A DNA stretch of 64,000 bases, from the NCBI GenBank assembly GCA_038231435.1, contig JBBRLJ010000028.1, positions 13,765 through 77,764 on the forward strand, in the 5' to 3' direction. Origin of the DNA: Planctomycetota bacterium. Its GTDB lineage: Bacteria; Planctomycetota; UBA11346. Numbering within the stretch: position 1 is the stretch's first letter; every line of letters begins with the position of its first letter. Positions 39,301 through 48,132 of this stretch are shown here, one piece after another. The notes below the pieces were generated by a model. The model was not told the origin of the DNA and did not search any database. It saw nothing but the letters and a program-made list of their open reading frames with translations. The position numbers were made by a program, and so were the translations under genes.

Positions 39301-39764
39301 ATGTCATAGACCGGAAGCACGTTCGGATGCTGGAGCGACGCGGTGATGCGCGCCTCGTCGATGAAGGACTCGACATTCTCGCGATCGCCTGGCCGCGACC
39401 GCTCGAGCAGTTTCACCGCCACCTCGCGCCCGAGATTGCGGTCGATCATCGCGTAGACGCACGAGGTGCCGCCGACACCGGCGAGCCCGCGCAACTCGTA
39501 GCGCGCGCCGTCCACTCCGGCCCGCTGATGACCGAGATCGCGCAGGCGCGAGTCGAGATCCTGGCCACCGAGGTCGGGCGGCGAGCTCACTCGATCCGGA
39601 TCGAGCGCTGGTCGACCGGCCTCGCGGGTGACGCCCTGGTCGCGGACGGCGCGGGACGGGTCAAGCTGGAACGGCGGATCCGCTCGTCGCGTCGCGCCGC
39701 CGGCGCGCGGAGCGGCCTCAGGCGTGGCAGCAGGGGTGGCGGAGGTGGGCGGCTGCTCGGCCAT
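36390..39764 (-). CDS. Membrane Ser/Thr protein kinase (paralog of the adjacent kinase)
   Basis: Same motifs and architecture; the stop overlaps the start of the downstream kinase. Confidence 0.88.
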   Translation of the reverse strand: MAEQPPTSATPAATPEAAPRAGGATRRADPPFQLDPSRAVRDQGVTREAGRPALDPDRVSSPPDLGGQDLDSRLRDLGHQRAGVDGARYELRGLAGVGGTSCVYAMIDRNLGREVAVKLLERSRPGDRENVESFIDEARITASLQHPNVLPVYDIEATRDGRLYFSMKKIEGRSLGRALEAYSLGEQVEQLATPNAVVSVFIGVCQALSYAHHRGFVHQDVKPDNIMLGDFGEVLLVDWGSAIRATEGAPPKLYGTPLYMSPEQARLEGVSALSDVYCVGASLFHALMRRLPTWADGGEELMARKRRGEIDMPTVEERKRVPAPLLGIALKAMVPEPSARYSSVEAMLRDLKAFQAGLAVSAHRDSPWQLLSRWYRHNRKPFWIAAAGACAVVALIGVFAMEKSKERSSWMPVADEDFAHATLAGLETRWRGLAKSADAFGLPFSEIPLSTGMRWTLSGGRMHLASEREYVDLVWREELHGDFRVEWDYTCERANQNLNCFIGPDREKGFTFHVGAYGDPHYALMTKGAYFKVVDQRFIVHPLVIAKPYHYVMEKDGRHMRMSIDGAMVFDYQDFDAFNSETTSTFGFDCYAGNAQSIEHVRVFDRPLPQRISPLEVGRRLYQAGKVDEAVRQYHEIERSYPGTVLAGSACYERALSTLRSVDKAQGLAQLLAYEAEHPAHEMVPVSLYERLLAARAAASSKEPPPGAAADVDRLRAALRTYRGHPVLNAVLTDMAADRLPSIAWHETTEVGGHNYPDDAIERISATNAELSRMADTYGIPLHNDPFMDKAAPLLTRLGRADLVLADYPHSDRVCARALMAMGRYDEAIARAPYDLVVRMDSMLFQGRYQEVADDPYGSWRIPIALVELGDQARLRARFPDYDLDDRLLAEGKYDEFLARHAESENDATRNQAFQTPRYRVLAARHSYQDILDRYPDAGCQIDAMLGLRRHDELVARVPGDAIAMYRVAFRWLAEGQEIKARGLLARLADAQPDADSTDWMPHFLVQPLMPMLLGRRSGTEAAKALAPVLERHRWSCNQRVWHLAALVTGRIDERQFALQPCRHYTGWLLQFGIALREDCLGHDAAAKAAYDLANASMGGRFPAVYHEFIAWRLSALAPASIQP

Positions 39765-40168
39765 GGGATCCTGGAAGCGTCGGGAAGCACGCCGCGAGGA
39801 GGATACCGCATGCGCAGACGGAGTGATCAGCGGGAGCGGGGACGGCCTGGCGGGTAGCGCAGACACGGGCGGCCTGCGCGACTCACCGCCTCGGCGGAAC
39901 AACGGGATGCACGCGGGAGCGCGGGACGAGCCGCTGGCGTCGCCCGCCTGCCCACCGCTCGATCGCACGGTGAGGTATGGAAGCGCTTCCAGGAGGCAGG
40001 TTCATCCTCGCGCTCCCCTCGTCGGAAGAGCCTCGATGCACTGGGAACCCACCCACAGGGGGGCGTGGCGTGACGAAAAGTCGGCTAAAACGGGGCGAAA
40101 AAACCTCCCTCGGAAGGGCTAACGACCGTACCGCCTTGGCCCGCAGTAGGTAACACACCCGTCGAGAA

Positions 40169-40227
40169 TGTCTAAATCTGGTACTATCCTTGGTGTTGAT
40201 TTATCGTGTCCCCCCCATATGTAGTGG
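40169..40227. promoter_or_regulatory. Putative tandem NrdR boxes
   Basis: CCCCCATATGTAGTGG (40212) and GTACTATCCTTGGTGT (40181), 31 bp apart, plus TGTCTAAATCTGGTAC (40169); all resemble acaCwAtATaTwGtgt and lie upstream of the RNR. Confidence 0.55.
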
Positions 40228-40455
40228 ACCCTTCGTGGCGCTCCCCCGCCAAGGGGTTTCTCAGGTCGCTCTCGCGAAAGGATCCGCTGTCGCTAGAATC
40301 CATACGGACCCATCGCCAGGCCGCCATCTGATCCATCACGAGAGCCCTCCCGAACAAAAGCCATCCGAACTCGCCATTGCGGCCGTGATCGGTCCATACC
40401 AACCCATCCCTTCTTTCCCTTCCGTTTCAACCCTTTCTTTCCAGGACTCCATCCC

Positions 40456-42708
40456 ATGACGCTGTCGCAGCTCCAGGACTACACCTTCAACACCAAGTAC
40501 GCTCGCTGGAATCCGGCCCTCGGTCGCCGCGAGACCTACGGCGAGGCCGTGGAGCGGGTGTTCTCGATGCATGAGAAGGTGTACGCGGGCAAGCCGGTCA
40601 CCGCGGAGATCGAGTTCGCGAAGCAGGCCGCCAAGGAGCGTCTGGTGCTCGGCAGCCAGCGCGCCCTGCAGTTCGGCGGCAAGCCAGTGATGGACAAGAA
40701 CGCGCGCCTCTACAACTGCACGGTCTCGTACTGCGACCGCCCGCGCTTCTTCCAGGAATCGCTGTGGCTGCTGCTGTGCGGCTGCGGCGTCGGCTTCTCG
40801 GTGCAGACCCACCATGTCGCCAAACTGCCGACCATCGCGCGCCCGTCTGCCGCCGACAAGGTCACCTTCGTGGTGCCCGACTCGATCGAGGGCTGGTCCG
40901 ACGCGCTCGGTGCCCTGATGTCGTCGTACTTCACCGCCGACCAACCGTTCCCCGAATACGCCGGCAAGAACGTGGTCTTCGACTACAGCGAGGTCCGCGC
41001 GGCGGGCTCGCCGCTCTCCAGCGGCATCGGCAAGGCTCCCGGCTCGGGCCCTCTCAAGCGCTCGCTCGAGCACATCCGCATGGTCCTCGAGAACCGCGTC
41101 GTCACCGCGGGCTCGAACTGCACCCTGCCGTCCATCGACGCCTACGACATCGTCATGCACGCCTCCGACGCGGTGCTGGCCGGCGGCGTGCGCCGCTCGG
41201 CGACGATCTGCATCTTCTCGATCGACGACGAGATCATGATCAATGCCAAGACCGGCGACTGGTTCATCAAGAACCCGCAGCGCGGCCGCTCGAACAACTC
41301 GGCGTTGCTGCTGCGAGACAAGACCACCTTCGAGCAGTTCAATTCGCTGATGAAGGCGGTGAAGGAATTCGGCGAGCCCGGTTTCGTGTGGGCCGATTCC
41401 ACCGAGATCATGTACAACCCCTGCGTCGAGATCGGCATGTATCCGGTCGACGAGACCACCGGCGCGACCGGCTGGGCGTTCTGCAACCTCTGCGAGCTGA
41501 ACGTCAAGGCCTGCACCACGCCCGAGATCTTCGCGCGCGCCTGCAAGGCGGCCGCGATCCTCGGCACCCTGCAGGCCGGCTACACCAGCTTCGACTACCT
41601 CGGCGCCACCACCGAGCGCATCGTGCGCCGCGAGGCCCTGCTCGGCTGCTCGATGACCGGCATGATGGACAACCCGGCGATCGCCTTCGATCCCCAGATC
41701 CAGCGCGACATGGCTCAGCTGATTCTCGAGACCAACGAGGTGGTGGCCAAGAAGCTCGGCATCAACCCCTGCGCCCGCGCGACCTGCGTCAAGCCGGCCG
41801 GCACCACCTCGTGCATCCTCGGCACCGCATCGGGCATCCACGCCCACCACGCGCGCCGCTACTTCCGCCGCGTGCAGGCGAACATCCAGGAGATGCCGTA
41901 CCAGTACTTCAAGGCCCACAACCTGCGCGCCGTCGAACGCAGCGTGTGGAATCCGAACGGCACCGACGCGGTCATCACCTTCTGCATCGAGGTGCCTGAG
42001 AACGCGCGCACGCTCAACGATGTCAGCGCCGTCGAACTGCTGAAGTACGTCAAGCTCACCCAGGAGAACTGGGTGAACTACGGCAAGCGCGCCGACCGCT
42101 GCAGCCAGAAGTGGCTTCGCCACAACGTCTCGAACACCATCACCGTGCGCGACACCGAGTGGGACGAGGTCGCCAAGTTCATCTACGAGAACCGCGATGC
42201 CTTCGCCGGCGTCTCGCTCCTGCCGATGGGCGGCGATCTCGATTATCCGCAGGCGCCCTTCTGCGCGGTGTGGACGGTCGACGACATCGTCAAGGAGTAC
42301 GGCATCGGCTCGCTCATGGCCTCGGGCCTGATTGTCGACGGCATGCACGCCTTCCAGGACGACCTGTGGGCCGCGTGCTCGTGCGCGCTGGGCACCGGAC
42401 ACTCGCTCGAGCTGCCCAAGCTCGAGGTTGGTAAGGAACAGGATCTCGAGGAGCTCCAGGGTCAGATCAAGAAGCTGCTCGCCCAGAAGGACTGGGTCCG
42501 GCGCTCGCACAAATTCGCCAAGAACTACTTCGGCGGCGATGTGCGGCGCATGACCTACTGCCTGAAGCGTGTCCATAACTGCAAGATGTGGGAAGACCTG
42601 CAGCGCGAGTACATCCCGGTGGACTACACCCTGATGCTCGAGCAGTCGGACGACACCAAGCTGGTCGATGCCGTGGCTTGCGCCGGCGGCAAGTGCGACA
42701 TCGTCTGA
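40456..42708 (+). CDS. nrdJ: Class II (adenosylcobalamin-dependent) ribonucleoside-triphosphate reductase
   Basis: LYNC, GCGVGFS, DSIEGW, AGGVRRSA, GEPG, NPCVEI, FCNLCE, TCVKPAGT, HNVSNT, C-terminal ACAGGKC. Confidence 0.92.
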   Translation: MTLSQLQDYTFNTKYARWNPALGRRETYGEAVERVFSMHEKVYAGKPVTAEIEFAKQAAKERLVLGSQRALQFGGKPVMDKNARLYNCTVSYCDRPRFFQESLWLLLCGCGVGFSVQTHHVAKLPTIARPSAADKVTFVVPDSIEGWSDALGALMSSYFTADQPFPEYAGKNVVFDYSEVRAAGSPLSSGIGKAPGSGPLKRSLEHIRMVLENRVVTAGSNCTLPSIDAYDIVMHASDAVLAGGVRRSATICIFSIDDEIMINAKTGDWFIKNPQRGRSNNSALLLRDKTTFEQFNSLMKAVKEFGEPGFVWADSTEIMYNPCVEIGMYPVDETTGATGWAFCNLCELNVKACTTPEIFARACKAAAILGTLQAGYTSFDYLGATTERIVRREALLGCSMTGMMDNPAIAFDPQIQRDMAQLILETNEVVAKKLGINPCARATCVKPAGTTSCILGTASGIHAHHARRYFRRVQANIQEMPYQYFKAHNLRAVERSVWNPNGTDAVITFCIEVPENARTLNDVSAVELLKYVKLTQENWVNYGKRADRCSQKWLRHNVSNTITVRDTEWDEVAKFIYENRDAFAGVSLLPMGGDLDYPQAPFCAVWTVDDIVKEYGIGSLMASGLIVDGMHAFQDDLWAACSCALGTGHSLELPKLEVGKEQDLEELQGQIKKLLAQKDWVRRSHKFAKNYFGGDVRRMTYCLKRVHNCKMWEDLQREYIPVDYTLMLEQSDDTKLVDAVACAGGKCDIV

Positions 42709-42715
42709 CACTCTC

Positions 42716-43279
42716 GTGGCCCGCCCCCTGAAGCACCTGCTGACCGACGACATCCTGCTCGGGCTCATGCCCGGCTTGACCTCGTCGACCATCGTCGCCT
42801 TGCGCGCCAGCGACGTGAAGCGGGGTGGCTCGATCCAGAGCCGCTCCGCTCGGCAGCAGCCACCACCGCAATCGGAATACGCCCGCAAGATCGCCGAGGC
42901 CGAGACCGCGAAGATCGGCAATCCGGCGGCGAACGACGAGGTCTCGACCGATCGCATCGAGAAGACGCGCAAGCCGACCGACTCGTTCACGCTCAGTCCC
43001 GAGATCGCCCGCCGCGTGTTCGAGACGCGGGCGATCGAGGTCATCGATCCCGATACCGGCGATCACATCGCCTTCGTGCGCGGGCTGATCTTCCGCGATC
43101 TGATGGACAAGGTCTCGAAGGTGCAGTGCTTCCTGACCAAGGGGCACTACCTGAGCGCGGACGGCGCGAGGCTCGCCTTCCGCGTGGGCGGCGACGTGTA
43201 CCGCGTGCGCGACGGCTTCTATGTGACTCCGCGCGGCGCGCACCAGGGCGAGTGGAGTTACCTGGGATACATCGGTTAG
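42716..43279 (+). CDS. Hypothetical protein, probably cotranscribed with nrdJ
   Basis: Coding-like GC3 bias; GTG start 7 bp after the nrdJ stop. Confidence 0.6.
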   Translation: MARPLKHLLTDDILLGLMPGLTSSTIVALRASDVKRGGSIQSRSARQQPPPQSEYARKIAEAETAKIGNPAANDEVSTDRIEKTRKPTDSFTLSPEIARRVFETRAIEVIDPDTGDHIAFVRGLIFRDLMDKVSKVQCFLTKGHYLSADGARLAFRVGGDVYRVRDGFYVTPRGAHQGEWSYLGYIG

Positions 43280-43851
43280 CGCACACCCGCGGGCTCGATG
43301 GACCCCGAAGCATCGCCGACCCTCTGCTGGTCGTCGTCGGCTGCGTCGTTCGCACGGCGATCCCTTGCAAGAGTCTTCGAGAGCACGAACGCCGTGGCCG
43401 GTCCCAGGACCAGGATCACGTACCAGCACGACGTCAGGTAGAAGAGGATCAGCTGCCAGAGGAACCCCAGCGTCCGCGGGTCGAGCGCATGAAAGTCGAA
43501 CTCGCCGGCGACCAGCCCGGGGCCGATCATGAATGTCAGGAACCCGCCTATCGGCGCCGATACGCCCAGCATCGCCACCGCCAGTGGGCCGGGCCGCAGG
43601 CTCAGGGCATGCCGCCCAGCCGCGCACGTGACCAGCACCACCACGATGAACGCGCAGCGCTCCGACCAGTGCGAGCGCGGTCCGATCAGCACATCCCTGG
43701 ACGGCTCGGGGATCAGGAAAGCGAGGAACCAGGCGGTGGAGATCACCATGAAACAGCCCGCGAGAGCTGCTAGCCGATGCGGACGCAGGAAGGACGCAGC
43801 GGCCGAGGAGGCGGGGACCGGCGAATGCTGGACCGGGGAATGGACGGACAT
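43276..43851 (-). CDS. Hypothetical membrane protein
   Basis: About four hydrophobic segments; GGAG upstream of the ATG. Confidence 0.55.
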   Translation of the reverse strand: MSVHSPVQHSPVPASSAAASFLRPHRLAALAGCFMVISTAWFLAFLIPEPSRDVLIGPRSHWSERCAFIVVVLVTCAAGRHALSLRPGPLAVAMLGVSAPIGGFLTFMIGPGLVAGEFDFHALDPRTLGFLWQLILFYLTSCWYVILVLGPATAFVLSKTLARDRRANDAADDDQQRVGDASGSIEPAGVR

Positions 43852-44032
43852 GGCCGACTCCAACGTAGGGGTGATGCCGCCACTATCCTCGGCCGTGTGA
43901 CGGCACTGTGTGCGCTCGGTGATCACAGGATGAGGTGCGTCAGGTCCTGCCCGCAGCCGGCCCGTGTCACAGGGAAGACCGGGGGCCACACTTCCGTCTC
44001 GTATCGGTCGGCTTCCTGAATAACCCATCAGC

Positions 44033-44605
44033 ATGAGTCCAACCGTCGCCGCCACCGTCACCGCCCTCGCATGCATCCTGAACCTGACCGGATGCGGGCA
44101 GACGGCAGCACGATCGGATGCCGCGACGCCGACATCCACCACGGACGCCACCGCCTCGGCGAGGGACTTCCACGAGCGTCAACGGGCGTTCACCGAGACC
44201 GTGCTGCCGCTCCTGCGTTCAGCGAAGCACCTGACGCTGTACTCGCTCGATCCCGATGCCCCCGAGAGTGACGGTCCCGCCCGCGACGAGCCCGATTTCC
44301 ACGGCTACCGTGTACTCGGTAAGACCCCGGTCGATGATCCCACGTTGAAAGCCAAGCTGATCGACGCGCTGCGCAAGGACGTCGACGAGAGCGACGGCAC
44401 TGTCGCCTTCTGCTTCGAGCCACGCCACGGCATCCGCGTCGTCGACGGGGCGCGCACCGTCGATCTGGCCATCTGTTTCACCTGCCTGCAGGTCGAGGCC
44501 TACGTGACCACCACCTATCCGGCGACCCTCGTCGGCAATGCGCGCGACGCCTTCGACGGCGTCCTGACGGCCGAAGGGATCGAGAAGGCGGCGCCCGCCA
44601 AGTAG
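44033..44605 (+). CDS. Putative lipoprotein
   Basis: LTGC lipobox; CFEPRHGIR..ICFTC motif. Confidence 0.65.
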   Translation: MSPTVAATVTALACILNLTGCGQTAARSDAATPTSTTDATASARDFHERQRAFTETVLPLLRSAKHLTLYSLDPDAPESDGPARDEPDFHGYRVLGKTPVDDPTLKAKLIDALRKDVDESDGTVAFCFEPRHGIRVVDGARTVDLAICFTCLQVEAYVTTTYPATLVGNARDAFDGVLTAEGIEKAAPAK

Positions 44606-44792
44606 CCTCGCGCAGAGCGATCCGCTCCGCGCCGTGAGCGTTAGGCATGGCTCGGCAACGCTCGTCCCTGCCCGTGTGTCATGCAACCATCGCGTCCTGC
44701 GCCCGCTGGAATCAGCCGCGCCTGGGCCTCGGCGCGAATTCCGTCATGATCCGCGCCATCCCCCGCCGCCTCCAGCACGTGAACGGATCACC

Positions 44793-46010
44793 ATGCGCAC
44801 CACCCTCTCCGCATCTTCCCTGCGCCGCTTCCTACTCCTGCTGCTCGCCGTGAGCTGCTCGATCGGCACGGGCGGCATCGCCCGCGCGGCCGCCGAGAAC
44901 GGCCCCAACACCACCATCCCGGTCGAGAAGGACCGCAACCGCCACGATGGGTTCCTGACCATCGCCAAGGCGGGCGGCGTCGACCTGCTGTTCCTCGGCG
45001 ACTCCATCACCGATGGCTGGCGCGGCGGCGGCTTAACCGTGTGGGACAAATATTTCGCGCCGCTGAAGGCGGCGAATTTCGGCATCGGCGGCGACCGCAC
45101 CGAGCACGTCATCTGGCGTCTACGCAACGGCGAGTTGGAAGGCATCCAGCCGAAACTGGTGGTGCTGATGATCGGCACCAACAACGGCGGCGACCCCGCC
45201 GAGAACGTCGCGCTCGGCATCAAGACCATCCTCGCCGACATCCACGAGCGCTCGCCGAAGAGCCGGGTGCTGCTGCTCGGCATCTTCCCGCGCAGCGAGA
45301 AGCCCGATGGCACGCGCGCCAAGAACGATGAGGTCAACAAGCTCATCGCCAAGTACGCGGACGGACGGCACGTGGTGTACCTGGATATCGGCCAGAAGTT
45401 CCTGACCCCGGACGGCACCTTGGGCAAGGACATCATGCCGGACTTCCTGCATCCGAACGAGAAGGGCTACCAGATCTGGGCCGATGCGATCGTCGACACC
45501 GTCAAGCAGATGATGCAGGCCGATCCGTCGAAGCTCGCCCCCGGATTCACCAAGCCGTCCACCAGCCCGAAGGTGGCGAAGCTCGAGGAATCCATCGCCG
45601 CCGGCAAGGTGGGCGCCGGCGTGAAGGCGCTCGAGAAGCTCCTCGATGACAAGGATGCGAAGACCGTCGAGGCCGCCAGCGCCACGCTCGCTGTCATCGC
45701 CGACTGGAAGACCGGCATCGACGCCGAGATCGCCAAGGCCTGCGCGGACGGAGACGTCTTCACTGCCGCCGAGCTCGATGCCGGCATGGAAGCCTGCTAC
45801 ACCGGCGACATCGCCAAAAGCTACAAGGACCAGGCCGCCGAACTCAAGAAGGATGCGCGCTACGCCGCCGGCAAGGAGTACCAGAAGCTGGAAGCGATCC
45901 CCTCCGACGCGCGCAAGGACCCCCGCTTCAAGAAGATGGTCGACGCGTTTGTGAAGAAATATCCCGACGAGTACTACGCCAAGCAGGCAGAGGCACTGCT
46001 GCCGAAGTGA
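44793..46010 (+). CDS. Secreted SGNH/GDSL esterase (PAF-acetylhydrolase IB-like) with a helical C-terminal domain
   Basis: FLGDSIT, NFGIGGD, IGTNN, DFLHP. Confidence 0.9.
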   Translation: MRTTLSASSLRRFLLLLLAVSCSIGTGGIARAAAENGPNTTIPVEKDRNRHDGFLTIAKAGGVDLLFLGDSITDGWRGGGLTVWDKYFAPLKAANFGIGGDRTEHVIWRLRNGELEGIQPKLVVLMIGTNNGGDPAENVALGIKTILADIHERSPKSRVLLLGIFPRSEKPDGTRAKNDEVNKLIAKYADGRHVVYLDIGQKFLTPDGTLGKDIMPDFLHPNEKGYQIWADAIVDTVKQMMQADPSKLAPGFTKPSTSPKVAKLEESIAAGKVGAGVKALEKLLDDKDAKTVEAASATLAVIADWKTGIDAEIAKACADGDVFTAAELDAGMEACYTGDIAKSYKDQAAELKKDARYAAGKEYQKLEAIPSDARKDPRFKKMVDAFVKKYPDEYYAKQAEALLPK

Positions 46011-46139
46011 CGTGGATCGCCGGAGCGGCTGGCTACATGGCGGAATAGGTGGCGAAATACGTCGTCGTCCCAGAGCTTCACCGCCATTGATGTCACGATC
46101 CGCTCGGTACACCGTGCCCATGGCCGCCCATGGCCGCCC

Positions 46140-46721
46140 ATGCATAAGAACCGTCTCGAGGCGTTCAGTGACGGCGTGCTGGCGATCATCATCACCATCA
46201 TGATCCTCGAATTGAAGATCCCGCATGGCGCGGACTGGGCGGCGCTCAAGCCGATGCTGCCGGTGTTCCTGAGCTACGTCCTGAGCTTCATCTACATCGG
46301 CATCTACTGGAACAATCACCACCACATGCTCCACGCCACCACCGCGGTGAACGGCGGCATACTCTGGGCGAACCTGCATCTGCTGTTCTGGCTGTCGCTG
46401 GTTCCGGTGGTCACCTCATGGATGGGCGAGCACTACCGCGAGCCCACTCCGGTGGCGCTCTACGGCGTCGTCCTGCTGATGGCCGGCGCAGCCTACTTCA
46501 TCCTCTCGCAGACCCTGATCGCGCACCACGGCAAGGATTCGCTGCTCGCCAGGGCCGTGGGCAAGGACGCCAAGGGCCTGATCTCGGTCGTCCTCTACGC
46601 GGTCTCGATCCCCCTCGCGTATGTCGACACCTGGTTGTCCTGCGCGCTGTTCGTGATCGTCGCCGCGATGTGGCTGGTCCCCGATCGACGCATCGAGAAG
46701 ACCCTGGCGAAGCCGAGCTGA
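46140..46721 (+). CDS. TMEM175-family (DUF1211) potassium channel
   Basis: RLEAFSDGVLAIIITIMILEL, YWNNHH, WLVPDRRIE. Confidence 0.92.
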   Translation: MHKNRLEAFSDGVLAIIITIMILELKIPHGADWAALKPMLPVFLSYVLSFIYIGIYWNNHHHMLHATTAVNGGILWANLHLLFWLSLVPVVTSWMGEHYREPTPVALYGVVLLMAGAAYFILSQTLIAHHGKDSLLARAVGKDAKGLISVVLYAVSIPLAYVDTWLSCALFVIVAAMWLVPDRRIEKTLAKPS

Positions 46722-46799
46722 CGCCCGCTCATCGGGCTCCTGCTTCCCTCTCCGCTTTCCGCCCTCCCTTCTCTCTCCCTCCTCCCCGTACCGCGCGGC

Positions 46800-46991
46800 T
46801 CACAACTCGATCGGCGAGGAGACCGGAGTCGGTTGATCCACGCTCGCGCCTGCCCTCTCTCGCCGTCGCACCGTCGATACCAGCCAGCCCCGGCGCCACT
46901 CCAGCCACGCCTCGGTGTCGGAGATGAAGGGATTGGCGTCCAGCTGCGCGCCCTGCATGCGCGCGCGTATGCCCATCGCGGCGGGTTCCAT
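46800..46991 (-). CDS. Small Rmf/CrpP-fold-like protein
   Basis: G..A...G....NPF......W..GW pattern; GGAGG ribosome-binding site. Confidence 0.5.
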   Translation of the reverse strand: MEPAAMGIRARMQGAQLDANPFISDTEAWLEWRRGWLVSTVRRRERAGASVDQPTPVSSPIEL

Positions 46992-47184
46992 CGCGGTCCT
47001 CCGCGTGGTTAGACGGCCAGGTTCGGCCGGGATTGAACAGGGATCGGCATGACTCCCGCCGGCGTGTCACCCGGGCGGCACCTTCCGCGATGCGTCGCCG
47101 CGACGGTGGGGTATTGTTGCGGCGTGAATCTCTTCCAGGCCTGCGAGATTCCTGGTACAGAGCGCCTCACGAACGGAGGCCACG

Positions 47185-47346
47185 ATGATGAAGATCTCGC
47201 TCATAGCCGTATCCGCGGGCTGCGCGATCCTGGGGCTCGGCGTCCTCGATATCCTCCACCACCGCCCGGCGGTCATCGCCGCGGCGTGGATCCTGTTCGT
47301 CGTCGGTTGGCTGGCTTTGACCCGGGCCGCCACGCAGCGCGACTAG
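47185..47346 (+). CDS. Small two-TM membrane protein (53 aa, below the ORF-track cutoff)
   Basis: GGAGG ribosome-binding site; MMKISLIAVSAGCAILGLGVLDILHHRPAVIAAAWILFVVGWLALTRAATQRD. Confidence 0.5.
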   Translation: MMKISLIAVSAGCAILGLGVLDILHHRPAVIAAAWILFVVGWLALTRAATQRD

Positions 47347-47349
47347 CCG

Positions 47350-48108
47350 TCACCGGGGCGGATCGCCGTGCCAACGCGGATCGGGAGCCGCCAGCACCGC
47401 AGCGCGTGGATCCGGCTGGTCGAACACCTTCTGGCGCGGATCTGGCGCATCGCGGACCGGATCGACCGGAGCCTTGTGCGCGGGCGCGAGGCGCTCCCTG
47501 GATGGATCGGGATCCAGGTGGGCATAGATGCCATAGCGCCCGTACTGGCCGTACTGGGCGCATCCCGCTGATCGTGCACGTGGAGCGTCGCGCGAGGCCT
47601 GGCAACTGCGCTCGCGGCGTGCGTCCTCATGGCGATCGTCGTCGCGATAGCCGCAATCTCCACGCTGCTCCACCACGATGACCGTGCCGACCGACGGGAC
47701 ATAGGTGGAATCCGCGGAGTCCGCGACCCGCGATGACGATTCCACGACGGGGCGCGGAGCCGCATCGGCCATGGCTTCCGGCGCGCGGTCGGAAATAGGC
47801 TCGACGGACGTCTCGACGCGCATGGGCGCCGGCGCATCCCAGTGTCCGACCTGGCGAACCCGGGTGACCACGCCATCTGAGACTTCGACGAAAAAGTCGG
47901 CGTAGCACAGGATCTCGTCGTTCGCGGCACGGTCGGAGCTGGCGATATCGGTGCTGATGGTCCCCTGCGGATCACCGAGCAGCGCGATCACCGCCTCCCG
48001 GCTGTCGCCACGCGATGGACGCGCGCCAGCCTCGGCCGCAGGCGCCGCCGGGGAGAAGACGCCGAGCGCCGACATCGTCACTGCGATCAGGATGAACGAG
48101 CGGGCCAT
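47350..48108 (-). CDS. Secreted hypothetical protein
   Basis: Signal peptide; SmpA/OmlA-like GDSREAVIALLGDP segment; Pro/Asp repeats. Confidence 0.55.
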   Translation of the reverse strand: MARSFILIAVTMSALGVFSPAAPAAEAGARPSRGDSREAVIALLGDPQGTISTDIASSDRAANDEILCYADFFVEVSDGVVTRVRQVGHWDAPAPMRVETSVEPISDRAPEAMADAAPRPVVESSSRVADSADSTYVPSVGTVIVVEQRGDCGYRDDDRHEDARRERSCQASRDAPRARSAGCAQYGQYGRYGIYAHLDPDPSRERLAPAHKAPVDPVRDAPDPRQKVFDQPDPRAAVLAAPDPRWHGDPPR

Positions 48109-48132
48109 GAGCCTCCGTCGGCTGTCCTCATC

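Noticed and set aside
39970..40455. Cobalamin riboswitch upstream of nrdJ
   Set aside because: I could not find a convincing B12-box or conserved core by eye.
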